From positions 17,732,001-17,796,000 of the forward strand of contig CM120646.1 of the NCBI GenBank assembly GCA_051362555.1: a stretch of DNA of 64,000 bases, given 5' to 3'. Each line of letters begins with the position of its first letter. Positions within the stretch are counted from its first letter, which is position 1. This DNA comes from Lingula anatina. Lineage: Eukaryota > Animalia > Brachiopoda. Under the pieces are notes generated by a model. It saw only the letters and a list, made by a program, of their open reading frames with translations. It was not told the origin of the DNA and searched no databases. Positions 1-11,117 of this stretch are shown piece by piece. Position numbers and translations under genes: made by a program.

Positions 1-862
1 TTGTTTAAATGTAATATATCGGTATTCTATACATATAGAAAAAAATGCCCCTGAAACATTTTTAAGTCAAAAGATCCTGTTAAACTACTTGTTTTCCCTT
101 TCAGTCCTTTAAAGCGTTAAAATCCATCATACTAAATGTGTCGGGTGCACGTGCCGAAATTTCCTTCTGAAATGTTGAGAGGACGGGTGGTACTCTAGAC
201 CTCTACATGAATAATGATACATTTAGAACTATGCCATCTATATTTAGCAATAAATAAAACATTGAATCCAATTTCAAATACTTGTGTTTTTTTACCTTTC
301 AGATCAGAGACATCTGTGTGGGTGGGGTTTTGGACCCACTATAAGACTCCTATATATCCATCAAGAAATGAACTGCAGCTTCTACATGTATGGTGCAGAA
401 CCTGAGCATATATTATACTAGTATATTGCTATATGTATATATATAAGAGATGTAAAGAGACGTACGTCATTTCTGTTCAAAATTCTCTCTATACATTAAT
501 GTGCCCGTAATAGCTAGAGAAATATCTGGGAGTATCTATATAGGAAAATATATATATGTGAATCTGGCAGATCTAGAGCTGTTACGTAGGCCTACATGTA
601 TATATGCACTGTTGATGTCGTGCTTATTTCCCCTGAGAACACCCCCTCAGTCCTATTTGTAATCTCGAAGATTTACATGTATCTAATGCATACGTCATAC
701 GAACAAACTGGCAGCTCACCTTTTGACACGCTCATTATGCTGTTAATAATGCACAGACCCAATAAGAAAATGGCCTAGGACTAGATTGTGGTCTGGCCTG
801 TGACATATGCGTAAAATGGCCACTGTTGATGCGTTTTAATCACCTAAAGAGTGCATTACTTA

Positions 863-1107
863 GGCTTCGTTCACATGCAATGTCTATTTTCTATTTTCTA
901 TTTTCGGTATGTCTTATGATCACGGTCTGTGCACTGAATATCCCGCCGCGTAATTACTGGCAGCGCGAGCCAGTTACTTATAGTAACTTATAGTAACTGG
1001 CTCGCGCTGCCAGTAATTACGCCGCGGGATATTCAGTGCACAGACCGTGATCATAAGACATACCGAAAATAGAAAATAGAAAATAGACATTGCATGTGAA
1101 CGAAGCC
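863..1107. mobile_element. 245-bp fold-back MITE, PIF/Harbinger (Tourist)-like
   Basis: Whole element is a near-perfect palindrome (GGCTTCGTTCACATGC...GCATGTGAACGAAGCC, one internal mismatch seen), flanked by TTA direct repeats (860-862, 1108-1110). GGC termini plus a 3-bp TWA TSD are typical of Harbinger. Confidence 0.9.
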
Positions 1108-2229
1108 TTAGTCCTATTTGTAATCTCAAAATTTTGTGTCTTGACAACTTTACACATCTTATTGTACCTCCAGTGCAAAGATTTGCATAATATTAGTGAA
1201 AATGTTGAAGTCGATTATTTTACGTTCGGTATATTTTTAGTGATAAAAGGTTTTTCAGAACAATATGTATTATATATTTCGCTTTTTTCAAACTAATAAA
1301 CTTTTTTTTTTGGCTTTTCATTGTTTTAGGAGGTTGCTGTGTATTAATGGTATTAGGTCAAATGGTTGATTTTTCACAAATTTTGTTAAAATGGCGTTGG
1401 GTAGGGGGAGGCAAGGGTTTTTGTGCTCTGTATTACCCTTTATTAACTATACCACAGTACATTTATACTACAATATATCTTTGTACGTATGTCAGAGAGT
1501 AGATAAATCCTTGGCTTTTTCTCTTTTCGCTCGTTATGCTGTTTTCTTGTTCTTTTTTTTTTTTTTTTTTTTTTTTGGTGGGAGGGGGGGGGGGTGGAGG
1601 GAGAAGTGATTACTGTCGGCTAAGGCAGGATGTCCCACTGGTATTAACACTTACAAGTACACAACGTGAAATACAGGAATATTCTGAAACCACGTTCCTG
1701 CCTGTTCCCTGTTAGAAGGCAACCTAAGGAACAATTTTATTTTACGAGATGAAATAGAAAATCAGTCAGAAAATTATGAAAAAAGTCCGGGAAAACGATT
1801 TGGAAACATTACAGCAGTCCAAAAGTTTAACAAATAATTTATTGATAACATTTAAGAAATTAAAATATTGAAAATACATATAGAAAATTGAAAGTCAGTG
1901 CATTATTAATTATTTAGTTTCGAGGAAATAAAACGATAGCAATCAAAAATTTTAACTGCGTTTTACGTTGCCTGTGGACCCACGACAACCGGCAACTATT
2001 AGACTTGGGAATGGGCTCGTCATTGAGTCACGATACAAGTGGCGCCACCTACGGCAAATAAGACTTATCAGTGCATGTGTGTTTTCCTTGCCAGTGGACT
2101 GTTGTCATTGCTAGATGAAAGATGAATATAATTACAAATTAACGGTAAGATCAACAGTTCTGAGTTACTATTTAAGCGTAACAGAAGCTGAAAGCTTGCA
2201 CCGTTGATAAAAGCTCAATCGTATTGATA

Positions 2230-2290
2230 TACCAACACGGCGCCAGATTTGCCCGTGCAGGGAAATTTGGCGGCGAATTCGATTTCTTCT
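2230..2290 (+). promoter_or_regulatory. Putative Chk1 core promoter with E2F-like sites
   Basis: Locally CpG-rich, with GGCGCCA and TTTGGCGG motifs ~400 bp upstream of the Chk1 ATG. Chk1 is a known E2F target. Motif match only. Confidence 0.35.
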
Positions 2291-2665
2291 AAAAGTGAAA
2301 TGATTCCTCGTCCATCAAAGTGTTTTGTTTTGTCACTAGTAGCGGTACTATGTGTGGAGAATGCTAGACGCAGAGAAAGTAAAAGAGGGTGGGAAAGGGC
2401 ATGAAGACTGAGTAATTGTTCTCCGTCCGTCTTTTATCTGGTGCAGTTACCAGTAATTTTACTATGAAGCCATAGGATCTACTGGAGTACACGCGGGTTT
2501 CCGATTGTGGGACAGTTATATTTCTTGTTAGCTGGGTTTATGTATGGGTTCTTTCTCTTACATAATCAGATTTTATGTTAATGTTAAAGTCATTACATGC
2601 TTTAATTGACGTGTTTTCTCCATCATCATTTCAGTGTGCAATACCTTTTGTTTTCTGCAAGCAGT

Positions 2666-5600
2666 ATGGTGACGGCGTTTGTGGAAGGCTGGGATTTTGT
2701 GCAAACCTTGGGTGAAGGGGCTTATGGAGAGTAAGTGACCGTAAATTGTTTTAGGAATTAAGTTTATCCCAGTAAAGGGAGGGGGCAGCATCTATTTTCT
2801 GTATTTTACTAAAATATTAATCTCTCTCTCTCATTGTTTATATTTTCTTGAGATACCATTGTAGATGAACCACATTATCAAAATATGCACAATTTTCAGG
2901 GTAAAACTAGCTGTAAACACCAGTACCCAGGAAGCAGTGGCTGTGAAGATTATTGACTTAACAAAAACTGCAAATGTGGCAGATAATGTTAGGAAAGAAG
3001 TAAGCAATTTTACCACTCATTTAATGAAATAGAGTACATTTATTATAACAGCAACTAGGGTTATTGGCTATTACAGAGATGAATCTACATGTAAGTGCCC
3101 TCCTGTGATGTTAAAAATAATAAATAATCATGTCTAATTTACTACTGTAACAGCAGTATAAATTCAAGCATCATTGGGTCAATCCTTTTTGTTGAATTCT
3201 GATACCTTAAATTTCAATAAGTCATAAGTAAATATTTGGTTTGTTTATGTTACAGATTTGTGTCCACAAGATGATGACCCATGAGAGCATTATCAAGTTC
3301 TATGGTCACAGAAAAGAGGGGGACAGACACTATATATTTCTGGAGTACGCCAGTGGAGGGGAGCTGTTTGATAGGATAGGTGTGTTTGGCTCTTAATAAA
3401 TAGTAGTCCACAAGTGTAGTAAATATGCTGTGGTATCAGTGATAATAATTGTAGTATTTGTCAAGTCAAAAGATCAGCTCTTGGCAAAAATAATTGGACT
3501 GGACTAGATATGTTTTACTACTGCCTCACTCAGTTTAATCTAAGGGAGTGAGTTTTTATGTTGTAAAATTTTATTAACATCATACAGTACTTAATAGGTG
3601 AAGCTTTTCCTATGTACCTGGAAATGGTTACTGGGCAGATTCTTTATTACTTGCACTATGTGTATGATACAAACTTGTTTCGTTCCACAGAGCCTGATGT
3701 TGGAATGCCAGCAGCCCAGGGTCAAAAGTTTTTTAAACAGCTGATTGCTGGCGTGGTGAGTATTGTTATCTAATGTGACTTTACTGTATGTCTTTTTTTT
3801 CCCTTCATGTGCTACTCTACTCTATACAGAAAGATTGAATGTAATGGTGTTACCATGGAAGGATACTTCCCTCGTTGAAAAGGATGATAAGGATTTTTGA
3901 ACCATGTCAACACATTAATTTGTATTTGATTTCATATCTTCCCCTGTTGATAAGGATATAACCCACATATCAAATTACTAACTAATTACATACCTGGTAT
4001 TAGTCTATTGACAAAAAAGTTCTCATTGTTGTCAACCATGACAATGTTACATGCTTTGATATCAGAATAATCATATATTCCTCTTTGATGATAGTTTTCT
4101 GCAATTAAAAAAAAGGTCGGTGATAAATTTAGGAAAAAAAGAATATAAAAAGAGAATATTTAACATATTTGAGTAAATTAACAGAGTGTATCCAGAAATC
4201 TTGTTATGAACCCTTGTTAATGAATTATTTACCCTTCACAGGAGTACCTACACTCTAAGGGTGTCACACACAGGGACCTCAAGCCAGAAAATCTCTTATT
4301 GGATGATGATGGTAAGTATGTTATAGTCTGGGTTTGTAAGTCTACACTCCTATATACATGTTCAGCCCATATTTAGGGCTCCCAATGTTTTCAGATGTTA
4401 TTGTTATTGACTAGTTAGCCAGTAGGTCTGTGTATTTTGAGCACTGTAATGTCGACAACATTCATATTTCCACATGGACCACTGATAGATATGAGATTAA
4501 CCTTGTTCATGTGGTTATTAAGTCTTGATGAAGTGGTAATATAATGGTCTAAAGAACATTACATGTATGTATCTTTTAAGAATTAAAACTGTCCTTCTTA
4601 GGCTGTGATTTTAAAGAACCATACACTTTAAAACACATACAGTTTCTTTCAGTGCACAGATGGAAAACTAACAATTTAAATTGCACCTTGATCTTCAAAA
4701 ATCCTTTTCTTACATTGCAGTTTTGTTTAAGTGGCGATTTGGAATTTTTTTTTTGTCTTCAGATAACCTGAAGATCACAGACTTTGGTCTGTCCACAGTG
4801 TTCAGACACCAGGGGAAGGAGAGGCAGCTGGACAAGTGCTGTGGGACTGTGCCCTATGTGTCCCCAGAGGTTATTGCCAGAAAGCCATACAGTGCTGAGC
4901 CAGCTGATATCTGGTCCTGTGGGATAATTCTAGTCACTTTATTGGCAGGAGGTAAGTGTATATTGGCTTACTTGAGAATCAGATTTCTGTTAGACATGTT
5001 TTGTGTTTTGGCAAATTCCAGTATTGAACTAAAGCATTAAATATTGTCCTGTTTTAATTTTTCAGAGCTGCCCTGGGATGAGCCTACATATGGCTGCCAG
5101 GAATACTCAGACTGGAAAGACTGCAAGATTACACTGTCTCCTTGGAACAAGATTGACAACTTGGCCTTGTGTAAGCGTGGAAAAAATATGTGCCATACAA
5201 GGGGGTAGGGGGGCTGTTCTTGTTTCAAAGTTGCCAAGTGTGCGCAACATAGCTTTGTACTTTACATTTTGTGCTTTGTATTTTGTGCATTGTTGATTCT
5301 CAATTATATGAGACTGAGATTTATTGGGATTTAATTGACACAACATGAAGGTGGAAATAAAAATTTAGTCAAATTTCAAAGAAACATACCTAGGAATTTC
5401 CTTGTGTTTTTCATTGATTTGACATTGAGTGGTTATTTGATTAAACTGAAAGGTCTATAGTTATCCCTTCATTGTCGTTCTAACAAAGCCAGGATTATTG
5501 ATTTACAGTGACTGTTGTACAAGCCTGGTTTTAAGTTTGGTTATCTTCTGTTATCTGAAATTTATTTTAGAAACAAGGAGAACTTGCAGAACCTAAAATC

Positions 5601-8268
5601 AGCAAAAGTCTAGCCAATTCCCTGTAGCCTAGCCAATATACTTTTTTCTTGTTTATTTAAGGAACATGTTTTACACAATTGCACTTCATGTTCATGAAAT
5701 TTGATTCATTTAGAATGTTTTTGGTGACTAAAGAATGACTAAATTTTGTAATTATGTTTTATTTTCTTACTCCAGCTCTGTTGAGGAGGGTCCTGGTGGA
5801 AAACCCTCTCAAGCGGATGACTATTCCTCAGATAAAAGCACACCAGTGGTTCAACAAAAGATTTAAAGAGTCAGGTATTACAAGATAGATATCTGATATT
5901 ATTGGTATTGATGTGTGAGTGTGTGCAGCTCAGAAAAAAATGAGTACTTAAAGTTTAACTGTATGTAATTGTCCTTTTAACTTTACTGTTTAAATCAGCT
6001 TGACTATAGAGAGTTTCAGTTACTTTAATATTTTGATTTCAGTTTCTCTAAACTTTGTGAGTGATCAAGGTATTTAGTGCAGGTTTTTGAAAAAAGCATA
6101 TTCTGCTTTCCAGGTGGCTTTGTCCTCTCCAATTCTCCAGCAGATGGCAACCCATTCAAGAGGTTCTGTTCAGGAGTGGATCTCTCTCCACCTGCCATGA
6201 AAGGAAGGTTAGCACTGATCTCTTATCTGCTAGCATACTCAATTTTCCCCAAATAGAACTGATAATTTACATCAACAAAAGGAAATGGAAAACATTTTTG
6301 TCGCCTGTCAACAGTATATCATTGATTTGGTAAAAAAAGATTTTTGAAAAATATACCAACAAGATTCAATATCATTGCATATTTTTTTCTTTTCCAATTA
6401 TTACATTACAACACAAACACACATATTCTTAATTAGATTATCTGAATTATTAATAAACTTCTACATTTAGGGACACTGGGAAGATTTCCTGTTCTCAGCC
6501 AGAGCCCCGCCGTGCACCCTCTCTAAGTCCATCCACCAGCGACACCAATGAAGCACTTAGAGACCTTCATATGTTCAGTTTCTCGCAGCCTGTTCACCCT
6601 GATCACATGATCCTGGGAAGTCAGATGCCGGGGACACCTGGTGCCTCACAGGTTTGTGGTTTGGTCTTTTACAGGCTACTTTAAAGATTTTTTAACATTC
6701 TAGAAATGCTTTGTCAGTGATTGATTTAAGATTTCAGTCCCATTGTGGTGCAAGCATCAGCTGGTTGGTAATTGCTAAAGAAAAGGGAAAATTTTCAGTA
6801 ACACTGCATTATGTTGCATTTATAAACAGAAATGTTTATTTTTGTCTTTATTATTTCTTTATTTACTTATTTGTTTTTTCAGACCCCTATGCAGAGACTG
6901 GTGAGACGCATGACCCGATTCTTTGTAAAGACTCCCGTTGATGAAACCGTGAAACACCTGGTATCAGTATGTGAAAAGCTGGGATACTCTGTCAGGAGAA
7001 ATCCACAGGGCTTGGTGAGGAAATACTCTTCTTTTTATATTTCTTTTTAGATAACCTTCTGCAAACAGTTCTTTTCAAACTGACAGATTGAGATAGAACT
7101 TAATGTAAAAGAGGGATTAGATAAGAATTTACAAGAGTAAGTTAAAATATTAAAAAATAACGTTTATATGAAATATTATCTGTAGTTGCACTTTTGTTAA
7201 TTTTTTTCAAACTGAAGATGATATGGGAAGACAAAATCATTTTCTGTTGGAAAAAAAAATTCCGGTCAAGCATGTCTGTGTCTATGTAAACAAAATGTTA
7301 AGAATTTAAAGACTGGAAACTTTCTGTTTTCAGATCACACTGTCAACCATGGACCGCAGAGGTATGAATCTCATTTTCAAGGCAAACCTGGTGGACATGA
7401 ACAACCTAATATTGGTTGACTTCCGCTTGTCTAAGGTGAGAATAGCTGCTCTTTGAATGAGTGGGCAGTCAACTCCATACATTTGCTTGTACTCTACCAA
7501 TTACTTAGATTGAATTGTTTGTTTTCAATAAGACTGGACAGCAGATTTAGATAAAATTACTCCCATTCGATATTCATGATTTTTATATCCATTGCTTTTA
7601 TTATTTAGCATGAGATTGCCCTTTTATTAGTGCCACATTTCAAGAGACATATTTTGCAACAATCTAGCGTAGATAGACAAAACATTTCAGAATTTCAAAT
7701 TTGCAATGATGTATTTAAATTTCCATTTAATAAAGGAATAAAAAGCATTGCATTTATTCACAAAAAAATTATATACTATTATTTCTAGGGAGATGGGTTA
7801 GAATTCAAGAGGCAATTCATGAAAATCAAAGGGAAATTCAGCAGCCTGATCTGCAAGGCTCCATTGCTGTCCAGTCCCCAGGCGCAAGGTTCAGTGGTTC
7901 ACTTTTTGTTGGGATGCTCACCCACACTCAAGTCTTCAGCTAGAAAAGATCAGAAAGTAGCTCCCGAAGGGAAAAGCAGAAAGACGAACGAGGATGGGAA
8001 AAGTACCTCAGGAAATGCAGTTGTGTCACCAGCAGAGAATAGAAAGGATGATGACAAATTAGAAAGCAATGTCGTTAACAGTGGCACTGGAACTGTGGAG
8101 AAAGCTGTATTTAAATTGAAGGAAGGTAACCATGACAACAAGTGCATGAAAGATAAGACAACTGAAGGAGATGGAAACCAAAAAAGACCTGTTGATAAGA
8201 AAACCATAGTGAAAGATGTAAAGGAAAATGTTCAGACTTCAAAGTGTAAAAGAAAACTTACACCATGA
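2666..8268 (+). CDS. CHEK1: Serine/threonine-protein kinase Chk1 (13 coding exons, ~601 aa)
   Basis: Exons 2666-2730, 2900-2999, 3256-3379, 3691-3755, 4242-4311, 4763-4951, 5066-5170, 5776-5874, 6114-6207, 6471-6651, 6883-7014, 7334-7435, 7789-8268, all GT-AG and in phase. Translation: [45 protein letters not shown] and FSFSQP (ATR SQ sites), [25 protein letters not shown] (KA1 domain). Confidence 0.96.
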
Positions 8269-8364
8269 AATTGACATTTGTAGTATTTTGTAATGTGGGT
8301 GCTAGCTTAGTTTTAAGCTGAGGAAGCTGGATGTCCCAGTAGTAAAACAGTATGTGCAATTATA

Positions 8365-8538
8365 GGCCCCATTCAGAAAAGAGACTAACTAGTTGGAGGG
8401 TCAAATATGGCCGACCCACTTGGATACTTCCCCACAGGATATCTATTCAGTGTCTTTTAGCAGATTAGACGGCAAGCTTTGTAGTGGGTCGCCAGATTTG
8501 ACCCCCAGACTAGTTAGTCCCCTATTCTGCATGGGGCC
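8365..8538. mobile_element. Palindromic MITE (family A) in Chk1 3' UTR, Harbinger-like
   Basis: ~55-bp imperfect inverted arms GGCCCCATTCAGAAAAGAGACTAACTAG.../...CTAGTTAGTCCCCTATTCTGCATGGGGCC with ATA direct repeats on both sides. Related copies at ~57609-57801 and ~57881-58056. Confidence 0.8.
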
Positions 8539-10298
8539 ATATACACAAAGAAAGGATAGGGGAAAAAGTAGAATATGTCTTATTCACTGAAATGACAGTA
8601 TGATTTACTGCTTGTAGACTCACTGAAGAACAAGATATAAGGAATGAAGAAAGAAAGTCTAGCGTTTCTGTGCTGAATCTTGGTAACCACGGGCTGGTCA
8701 GTTAATCAGCATCAAGGATTAAGACGCTGGTATTATTAAACTGCCATAAATAAATGCATGGTGTCAAGGGTTAACAATAAAACTGAAAAACGCAGAGGTA
8801 GCCAAACTATGAAACAAGCTTAAGCTGGAGAGCATGGGTTCAGAGATGTCTGATGAATCTTCATCTAAATATCTGCACGTCTTGATAGTGATTGTTCTGT
8901 TGAACTGCCATTGAAAAGTGCACTATGTAATTGGGTGCTAATGAGTACTGCTTGTAAAAAGTATGTGGACGAATGTATTTAATCATTACATTTGCAGTAG
9001 AAGTCGGCAGATTTCACAAATTCATTAAGTTTCGATATTTCAAATAAACAACCCATGGAAAAAGTATCACTGATTGGAATGTTTATTCACTTTTTTTTCT
9101 GTAATCCTACAGTTTGTTGCGATCACCTCAATGTTGCAACACTGCTCTAGTTCATGGGCACATTTGGGACAAAAAAAAAAGTTACTTGGTTCACATTAAT
9201 TGTGTGCTGTGTGTGAAAGATAATTTCAGGGTAATCAATGAACTCGATACACTTCCATCTTGGGAGTTCAACCCCCTTGAATAGTAAGCTACTGACATGC
9301 ACCTGTCTTGCTAAAAAAGCTAAACCCAAAATCGGTACGGTCATTAAGTTAAAAAGTTTAAAATGCCTCAGCCCTAACCAACAATCCAAAGCCTCCTCTA
9401 TATTTTTATGCCCTCCTAAGTCCTTCGTTAATACAGCCAAATAAATTTCACATCAATACTTAAAAACCAGAAATACCAGTTTTGATGAATTCTGCACTTA
9501 ATGGCTGATAACCTGCTTATACTCACTTGCCAAAAGTTGGCATCGTTATTTTTGAACCACTTCAAACACCTTGACTAACTTATTCAGACAACTATTGCTG
9601 GGGGCACCTAAGAAGGCATTATTATCTCAGCAAGGAGCCAGGGTGACTCAGTACTTTTGACAAAAGCAAGGTAATCAAACCGTCAAGCCCCTTGTCCCCT
9701 TTCAAATGCCACTGGTGGAGGGTAAAATTGCCAAGTTTCCAACTTCTTGTTTAGATAAATATTTCCAAGTTCAGTTTCCTTCTTTAGGACACCAAGATGT
9801 TGTATTCTCAACTTGTAAATCTTTGTAATAGGACATTTTTCAATATCTGTCACGTGGTGCAATCAATTTCTAATCTATTCATATAAATCACTTCGGCATT
9901 TAACTTAAACTGGTTTTCTTTGCTTTAACAATTATAAGAAAATTCCTAGACCTCTCAAATAAAATGACAATTGAGGTCATGTAAGTGCACCATGATCACT
10001 GGATATATCAAGTGAGGGGACATCTTACTCAGCTGTATAAAAGAGCCAAATACTATATTTCACATCAGTTTTCTATCAATTCTCCCTGTTCTGAGACACT
10101 TATTCCTTGAATTACTAAACACCCTTGATCACAATTGTAATCTATCTTTAATCATGGTGATACAAAAAAATACATAATGTAATATTTATGCATTTTCAAA
10201 GGGTTATTTCAACAACATGGTTCAGTTATTTGTAGGATATGAAAACTATTCCAATACTGATGTTGTAGAACTTGATAAAGCACTGATGCCAATGTACA

Positions 10299-10304
10299 TT
10301 TATT
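10299..10304 (-). terminator. AATAAA poly(A) signal downstream of the H2A.X stem-loop
   Basis: TTTATT on + strand, ~57 nt past the histone stem-loop. Confidence 0.55.
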
Positions 10305-10360
10305 CCGACTGAAATTAAATCAACACACATTGGTATTAGCTTTACTTGGAAAATGAGGGT

Positions 10361-10376
10361 GGCCCTGAAAAGGGCC
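10361..10376 (-). terminator. Histone 3' stem-loop (SLBP site) plus purine-rich downstream element
   Basis: Minus strand reads CAAC-GGCCCTTTTCAGGGCC-ACC, the canonical 16-nt histone hairpin. It is followed by CAAGTAAAG, resembling the invertebrate U7-binding element. Confidence 0.93.
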
Positions 10377-10398
10377 GTTGTGAAATGGACTAAAGCGT

Positions 10399-10812
10399 CT
10401 AATACTCCTGGCTCTGTGAGGACTTCTTGCCACCAACGGCCTTGGCAGCTGCACTCTTCTTGGGTAGAAGAACGGCTTGGATATTTGGCAGAACACCACC
10501 CTGGGCAATGGTGACACCTCCCAGCAACTTGTTCAACTCCTCGTCGTTGCGGACAGCCAACTGCAAGTGACGGGGGACAATTCTCGATTTCTTGTTGTCA
10601 CGGGCTGCATTTCCCGCCAACTCGAGGACCTCGGCGGCCAGATACTCGAGCACGGCAGCCAGGTAGACCGGGGCACCGGCTCCAACACGCTGAGCATAGT
10701 TACCCTTGCGGAGAAGACGGTGGATTCTGCCCACGGGGAACTGAAGTCCAGCACGGGATGATCTGCTCTTCCCCTTTGCTCTTGCCTTTCCTCCCTTACC
10801 ACGTCCAGACAT
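10399..10812 (-). CDS. H2AX: Histone H2A.X (137 aa, intronless)
   Basis: MSGRGKGGK...[24 protein letters not shown]...[15 protein letters not shown]...KKSSQSQEY*. The C-terminal SQEY motif defines H2A.X. True ATG is at 10812. Confidence 0.97.
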   Translation of the reverse strand: MSGRGKGGKARAKGKSRSSRAGLQFPVGRIHRLLRKGNYAQRVGAGAPVYLAAVLEYLAAEVLELAGNAARDNKKSRIVPRHLQLAVRNDEELNKLLGGVTIAQGGVLPNIQAVLLPKKSAAAKAVGGKKSSQSQEY

Positions 10813-11117
10813 CTTGTAATCTACAGCGTACGGAACTAACAACAGCTACAATCCGAGATGTGAAATAATCCTAAAATTTGAAAATTTATGTATAAATGCA
10901 GTTCTAAAACCACGTGATAGGATCTTGTGCACCACCAATCAAAATCCTTCCCACCGACGATTGCCCAATCACAAACCCACGGGACATTGCTCTCTCACAA
11001 GTCCGCGCAGATATAGGTCAACAACGTGGAACGTGTCAAAATCACGCGAGATGTAATATGGTGGTCAAGGGAGTTAATATTTCCTATCTGTAACTATTAA
11101 TAACATTTTATTTCAAT
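10813..11117. promoter_or_regulatory. Bidirectional promoter between H2A.X and DPAGT1
   Basis: Only 305 bp separate the divergent ATGs. Two CCAAT boxes 30 bp apart (10935, 10965), E-box CACGTG (10911) and a TATA-like AT element at ~10885-10897. Confidence 0.7.

Noticed and set aside
214-405. Short ORF or possible terminal exon after TTTCAG at 302 (SETSVWVGFWTHYK...)
   Set aside because: No recognisable homology and no upstream exon can be linked within the window.
10813-10842. N-terminal extension of the H2A ORF in the ORF track
   Set aside because: Starts at a non-ATG codon; the canonical MSGRGK begins at 10812.
10935-10982. ERSE (CCAAT-N9-CCACG) in the DPAGT1 promoter
   Set aside because: The spacing is N7, not the required N9.
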